Shown here piece after piece: positions 58,140 to 64,000 of a stretch of DNA of 64,000 nt. Position 1 is the stretch's first letter. Each line of letters opens with the position of its first letter. The position numbers and the translations under genes were made by a program. The stretch is from assembly GCF_009914755.1 (NCBI RefSeq), contig NC_060929.1; one strand, 5' to 3'. The notes below the pieces were generated by a model, which made no database searches, was not told where the DNA came from, and worked only from the letters and a program-made list of their open reading frames with translations. This stretch comes from the human T2T-CHM13v2.0 reference genome, Homo sapiens.

Positions 58140-58950
58140 CAGTTAAATTTCAAATATTTATTTTTCCCTTCCATTCTCTCTTTCCTCCTCTTCTGGGATT
58201 CCAGTTACCTGTAGTTCTCTCTTATTTATATTAGATGACTTTATTGATCTATTTTCAAAGCCAATGAGTCTTTCAATTTCTGGTGATATTTTTTAAATTT
58301 CAGATTTTTTTTTTTTTTGAGACGGAGTCTCGCTGTCGCCCAGGCTGGAGCGCAGTGGCGCAATCTCGGCTCACTGCAGGCTCTGCCCCCTGGGGTTCAC
58401 GCCATTCTCCTGCCTCAGCCTCCCGAGTAGCTGGGACTACAGGCGCCCGCCACCTCGCCCGGCTAATTTTTTGTATTTTTAGTAGAGACGGGGTTTCACC
58501 GTGTTAGCCAGGATGGTCTCTATCTCCTGACCTCGTGATCCACCCGCCTTGGCCTCCCAAAGTGCTGGGATTACAGGCGTGAGCCACCGCGCCCGGCCTA
58601 AATTTCAGATTTTTTAAAATTATAAAGTATCTATAAAATTTTATAGATATCTTCAATTTTACTTGTAAAATTTTCTATCTTTGTATTAATCACAAAAATA
58701 TTTTTCTTTATCCTTATGAGCATAGTAACAGTAGAGTTTTGAAGCCCTTTTTGAAGATGCCCAAACTCAGAATCGTCTTGGGTTTGGGATCTGTTTTTTG
58801 CTTTTCCCTTTATACTGGGTCATATTTTCCTGAGTCTTCTTATGTTGAGTAATTTTGGATTATATCCTGGGCATTGTTCAGTCTCCAAATGGGTCCAGAC
58901 AGCTGTCTCTGTAGTTTATCCAGAATTTATAGCTGGTGTTAGGTTTTCAC
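58140..58950 (-). mobile_element. Old L1M 5'/ORF1-region fragment hosting the AluY
   Basis: 'ccattctctctttcctcctcttctgggattccagttac', 'ttgatctattttcaa', 'gggtcatattttcctg...taattttggattatatcctgggcattg'. Confidence 0.6.
58305..58598 (-). mobile_element. AluY, AluYe-lineage-like (Ye5)
   Basis: CpG-rich; antisense 'tctcgctgtcgccc' (2-bp deletion), 'ctgcaggctctgccccctggggttcacgcc' and 'ccacctcgcccggc'; TSD taaatttcagattttt at 58294 and 58599. Confidence 0.93.
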
Positions 58951-59152
58951 TCATCCACGTTGAAAGAGAAGCCACTCTAATGTCGTTTTCAGCCTCATCT
59001 CTCAATTCTTTCCCTGCAAATATTTGCTTCAACATTATAGGCAAACCAGTCTCTTCACTCTGTCGTGGGCAAGCCCAGAGCTTTTATCTGACATGACAGG
59101 CTTTAAAGTGTCCTTTCAACAGCAGGACAAAGTGAAATACACAGATATTTTC

Positions 59153-59181
59153 AATAAATAAATAAATAAATAATAAATAAA
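59153..59181. repeat. (AATA)n microsatellite
   Basis: aataaataaataaataaataaataaataa. Confidence 0.95.
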
Positions 59182-61109
59182 TTTTTGTTTTCCTGGAGTA
59201 AGAAAAACAAAAACAAAAACGAGAAAGAGCATATTTTCTTTTCGGTGGAAACTCAGGGAGGAAATTTTAATGTACAAAGTAAGATTTCTCCTGCCAAATT
59301 CCTAAATGAATAGGGATATTTTTAATTTGCCAAAACGTCCACTTTATTCAATACTTTTCTATGATGTAAAGTTACTGAATGTTCAGGATAAAAATAATAT
59401 TTTGATATTTATGGAAGAGATTGTTAAAAAATCAGAAAATTCTTTGAGGGCCCACTTGTGAAACCAGCAAAGACAGAAGGAGAAGGGCCAGTTGATGTTC
59501 TGCATTTATAAAAGCATGTGCCAGCCTTCCACACCGTGATAATGTGCATAGGTTTAAGGAAAATGACATAGTTTTGTTGCATGCAGACTTCTAAATATCA
59601 TCATTTTGAGGCAAATTAAAAATCAGAGGTCATATAAGAATTATCTATTACGTGTTCATCATTTTCCTGAGCTCTGTGGGGATACAAGAGAAGCCTTCTG
59701 CCATCTAATACCTTAGAAGCTGAAGAGTAGTCTGGTCACTTTGCAGCCTGGTAAAGTGCTATAGAAACATAACCGTCCTTCCACCTTGCAACTCAGCATC
59801 CCGGTGTCCTGAATATAGTGGCTAAGGAGATTCGGCAGGTCAACCAGCCATAGAGAATGGCTATCACTTCCAATAATCTTTTCTTTATGCTCTACTTTTC
59901 ATACTTTGGGAACATCTGTTACCCTCTGTGTTCTTCACCTCTGCTTCTTCATAGCATCAGACCTCACTGTATTTTTTTATACTTACTGCTGATAATCTAA
60001 TCAGCTGGCATTCAACTAGAGTTGTCACTCATCTAAAGTCATAATAAAAGTCAGTGGTATGGAGTGAGAAAAGTCAATTTTATATGTGTAGTAAATGCAC
60101 ATAAAAATACAGGTATCAGATTTTCAAAAAAAATAAAGTATTATTCTCCATCAAGAAGTATTTAACATGATAATTGAAGATTTGTATTTTCGTGTAATTT
60201 TGAATGAAATCTTCTGGTGAAATAATAGAAATAAGTCAGTTGTCCCATTAAAACATAATAACTTACTTCTTTTGCTTATCTACACAATTATGTGCATACA
60301 TTAGCTGGGGTGAGGGTGTCATGTAATGTTCAAGTGAAGAAAATGTCTTAAGTTGTATTTTGACACTGTAATCAAATGTGGAAAGTGCTTTGAAAATTTT
60401 ATTTGCTTTAATGAAGCATGAAAGTAAATAATTGTCTCTTCATGGACATTTAATTCTTTCTCTATTTTTTCTAGGCTTCTTTATAATCCACTTTTTTCAA
60501 TTATTTTCCAAATTTACAAGAGATATTGGCCTAAAATAAAGAATTCTTAGTGTCCACTTATTAAAAATAATGTGAGACAAGGCAATAGAAAACCCTCCAT
60601 TTCAATCTGTCTTAATAACCTACAATCTTTATACATCCCACCTGAAATTTTGGCTCCCTTTGAATTCTACAGCTGTTGGTTCTCCATAAGAAGTATAAGC
60701 AAAATGAGTTAACTAGAGCTGTGGCACTCAGAAAGAAGTTAGAGATGCGGATCGGGGTGATAGGAAAGTAACCCATGTTTAGACAGCACCTGGAGAGAAT
60801 ACACTATAGGTGAGAAACGTACCTTTAAAAGAGGAAATCTCCTTATGTAATAGGTCAAATGTAGAATCTGTGGTTGCAAGATTGTACCGCTCTCACCAAT
60901 TGGCACATCTTGAGTGTTTTAAAGAAGAGAGGGAGAAGCTCACAAGGGGGTTTTTCTATCAACCAACATCAAACACTGGGAAGAGAAAAAGCTTTGTAGA
61001 TAGCAAGTGACACCTGATAGCAAGTGTCAGCCAGTTCTGCCACTCCCACTAGGTGCCACTCCCACTAGGTGTTAGTGGGAGTAGGTGCCCGCCACTCCCA
61101 CTAACAGCC

Positions 61110-61232
61110 TCATCTTGCTGACCTGTGTCCTCATGCAGGGATAACAGTGCTGCTTTTTACTTTGAGCAAAGAATGCAGAGAAATCTTACAGTGCCCAGTA
61201 TCTAGTAGGAATTCAATAAATTGAAGTTATTT
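61110..61232 (+). mobile_element. MIR 3' fragment
   Basis: 'gggataacagtgc...cttacagtgcccagtatctagtaggaattcaataaat...ttatt'. Confidence 0.55.
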
Positions 61233-61237
61233 CTCTT

Positions 61238-61915
61238 ACCATTGTCACCATTATCACCATCACCACCATCACCATAATCATCATCCTATAATCACTATCA
61301 ACATCATCATCATTGTCATCACCACACCATCACCACCATTAACATTACCATTACCATAACCATCATTATCATCACCATTATCACCATCACCACTGTCATT
61401 ATCATCATCTTCACTATCACGATCATCATCAACACCATCACAATCATCATCATTATCATTATCATCACCATCAACATCATTGTCATCACCACACCATCAC
61501 TATCATCATTATTATCTCCATCACCACCATTACCATCACTATCACCACCATTATCCTAACCATCACTATCATCATCATCCCTATCATCATCACCATAATT
61601 ATCATCACCGTCACCATCATCATCATCATTATCACCATCACCATCACCGTCATCATCATTGCAATCACCATGCCCATGATTAGCATCCCTATCATCATCA
61701 CCATCACCATCATCATTATCATCACCATCACCATCATCATAATTATCATCAATACTATCACCATCATCATCATCCTCATTCTTATCACCATCACCATCAT
61801 TATTATCACCATGCTCATCATCACCATCACCATTACCATCACATCACTATCATCATCATCATCAACATCAACTCATTGTCATCACCATCATTATCACTAA
61901 GTTATTATCATTGTC
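61238..61915. repeat. Long degenerate (CAT/CAC/TAT)n trinucleotide repeat
   Basis: About 680 bp of atc/acc/att triplets. Confidence 0.97.
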
Positions 61916-62884
61916 TTGATATGTACCCCAGGAAGAGACAAACTAGAACACTAAGTACTAGGAGAGCCTTGAGGATCACATAATTCAGGCTAAGGAGTTG
62001 ATGGGCATGGTGCAGAAAGGGGCCAAACTCGGGGGATGGATGCTGAAGATGTGTGCCTTGGGTCACTGTGGCCAGCCATCAGGATGCCCTCTGAGTGGTA
62101 CTGTCTCTTCCAGGTGCCAAGATTTTTAGGATGGCTCCACACAGAGGCACCTCCCTAGGCCACCTGCCTTCTCAGTCCCTTCAGTTGTTATATTCAAACC
62201 TCACCTGCCAGTACCAGATCCTTGGTTTAACCCTGAGACCTCAGAGAGGGGCAGAGCAGGCAGATCTGGCCTCTGTTCCTGTGGCTTCACACCCACTTCT
62301 TTCCTAGATCTTCTGGGACCTCAGAGATTGGGCTGTAGTGTCTTGAGGCAGTGTGAATGCAGCAACTGGTTTGGGATAGGCACCAGAAAACATGAAATCA
62401 GAAACAAAGTATCTAGTCAACATGTGAATTCTATCAGGCTCTCACTTTTTTCATAAATTTTCTAAGTTTAAAATAAATACCAAATCATACATATATTTTT
62501 AAATTGGCTACTTATCATCCTCATGTATTATAATAATTTAGGTGTATTTTCATTTTCTTGTATCCTATAATTAAATGCTTGCTCGAGTTTGTAAAGTGAA
62601 GCAGTTTCACAAAGCCATGATTCACTGTATTCCAACACAATGCTAGATGATCAATTGCTGAGTCTTTGAAATACTCAGTAGAGCAAACTCAATGTTAATT
62701 TTCAGGCATTTCTTTCAAGTGGCCTTTTTAATTTTCTGAGTTTCAAAGCAGGTGAGACTTCTTTCTATTTTCAGAGAAGTGTGCTTTCTATGGGTGTTTT
62801 AGTTTGATTCTGAAATGTTTTCCAAATTCTTAACTTATTTGTATGTGGCATAAAGAGTGAAGATGCTAAAAGTCAACTCCCGCG

Positions 62885-63243
62885 TAGGAAGCACTGATTC
62901 ATGCCTAAACATGGATGAACCCTGCAGTGCTACGCTAAGTGAAAGAAGCCGGAACAGAAGGTCAGATGTATGAGTCCACATGTAGGAAATAGTCAGAGGG
63001 CCAATTCTCAGAGCCAGAGGCAGAACACAGACTTCCGGGGGCTGTGGAAGGAGCAGGTGGGGACTTATTGTTTAATGGATATAAAGTTTTTGTTTGGGAT
63101 CATGAAAAAGTTCTGGAAATAGTGGTGATGGTTAACCCAATATTTTGAATGAATTTAATGCCATGGCAGTGTATACCTGAAACTGGTTCAAATGGTCATT
63201 TTTCTGTTATGTGCATTTTACCACAATAAAAACAAAATAAAAA
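62885..63243 (+). mobile_element. L1MB-like 3' end
   Basis: 'catggatgaaccctg...gctaagtgaaagaagcc...gaaaaagttctggaaatagtggtgatggtt...tgttatgtgcattttaccacaataaaaac' followed by an A-rich tail. Confidence 0.9.
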
Positions 63244-64000
63244 TCAACCTCTTGCAAATCAGATGAATGCACTGAAAGTAAAGAAAATAAAGTGTGCTTC
63301 CTGAGCAAGTGTGAGCGGCAATTTCCATTCAAGGACCTCTCAGGAGGCGGGCTCTTGGTGGGGGCAGGCCCTGCTTGGCCCAGCAGCCCTCCCTGACCTC
63401 AGAGGGTGCGTCATTATTTATTAGCAAAGCAATCTGGCTGCAGTGCGCCGTCAGCAGCCAGACGCCAATATAGAAAGGTCACAGCCTCCAACACTGCGCC
63501 AAGGGTGTTAGAGCAAATACAAATACAGCTTTTTAATTTCAGCTGAATTGATTAGATAACAATTGGAAGGTGTCACAGGTCAGGAGGTGCGAGCCAGCAG
63601 GTCAACAGAGAGAAAGGAGCCCGGGGCAGTGGTCACAGGGGTGCCAGGCTGCCACCCTCACCATGCCATGGCCCTTGTCTTCATAAATGAAGAAATGTCC
63701 ACTCGGGACCCAGATGCTTTCCACAGGACCAAGCACATGGCTCAGGGCCACCCCACAGTCAACACAGGTTAGAAATTAGTCTCTATTTGAAGTGAAATAC
63801 ACAAAGGCTCTCAAGGATTTTGAAAGGTGAGAAATAACGCCAGTGCCCAGTAGCACTGAGACTTGGAGTCACTGATACCCGCGTGTGGAGCTGTGTATGG
63901 CTTCCAGGCCTCAGAGCCACGGCTGTGGCTCTTCCTGGACGGGATGAAGGTACAGGAGACAGGAAGGGTGGGGCCTTGGCTACTTGAGAGGCCACCACAC

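Noticed and set aside
61480-61900. Poly-His, Met/Val-rich and Ile/Thr-rich ORFs
   Set aside because: Frames of the CAT/CAC simple repeat, with no gene context

Overview
This is primate (human-like) non-coding genomic DNA: it carries AluS/AluY elements, a THE1B provirus, MSTA/MLT1/LTR1 LTRs, old L1, L2 and MIR fragments, and MER DNA transposons. I find no credible protein-coding gene, RNA gene or processed pseudogene. The supplied ORFs are chance frames or repeat-derived (L1 ORF2 remnants, Alu frames, His/Ile-rich frames from a CAT repeat). The window looks like an intergenic or intronic region with several repeat-poor blocks dense in homeodomain/TALE/SOX/TCF motifs that resemble developmental enhancers; conservation cannot be checked here. 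I cannot support a new biological system. The most notable structures are: (1) a full-length THE1B whose 3' LTR alone keeps the DUX4 site, alongside a TATA box and splice donor; (2) a probable twin-primed (5'-inverted) old L1 inside a nested L1/MSTA/MER82/Alu cluster; (3) minisatellites that arose from MER5A and L2 sequence; (4) a deletion scar joining an Alu left arm to an LTR 3' end; (5) a tailless Alu; (6) a young AluYe-like insertion; (7) a template-switch-like duplication with a hairpin at about 61.0 kb. Repeat subfamily names come from recalled consensus sequences, and boundaries of old repeats are approximate.
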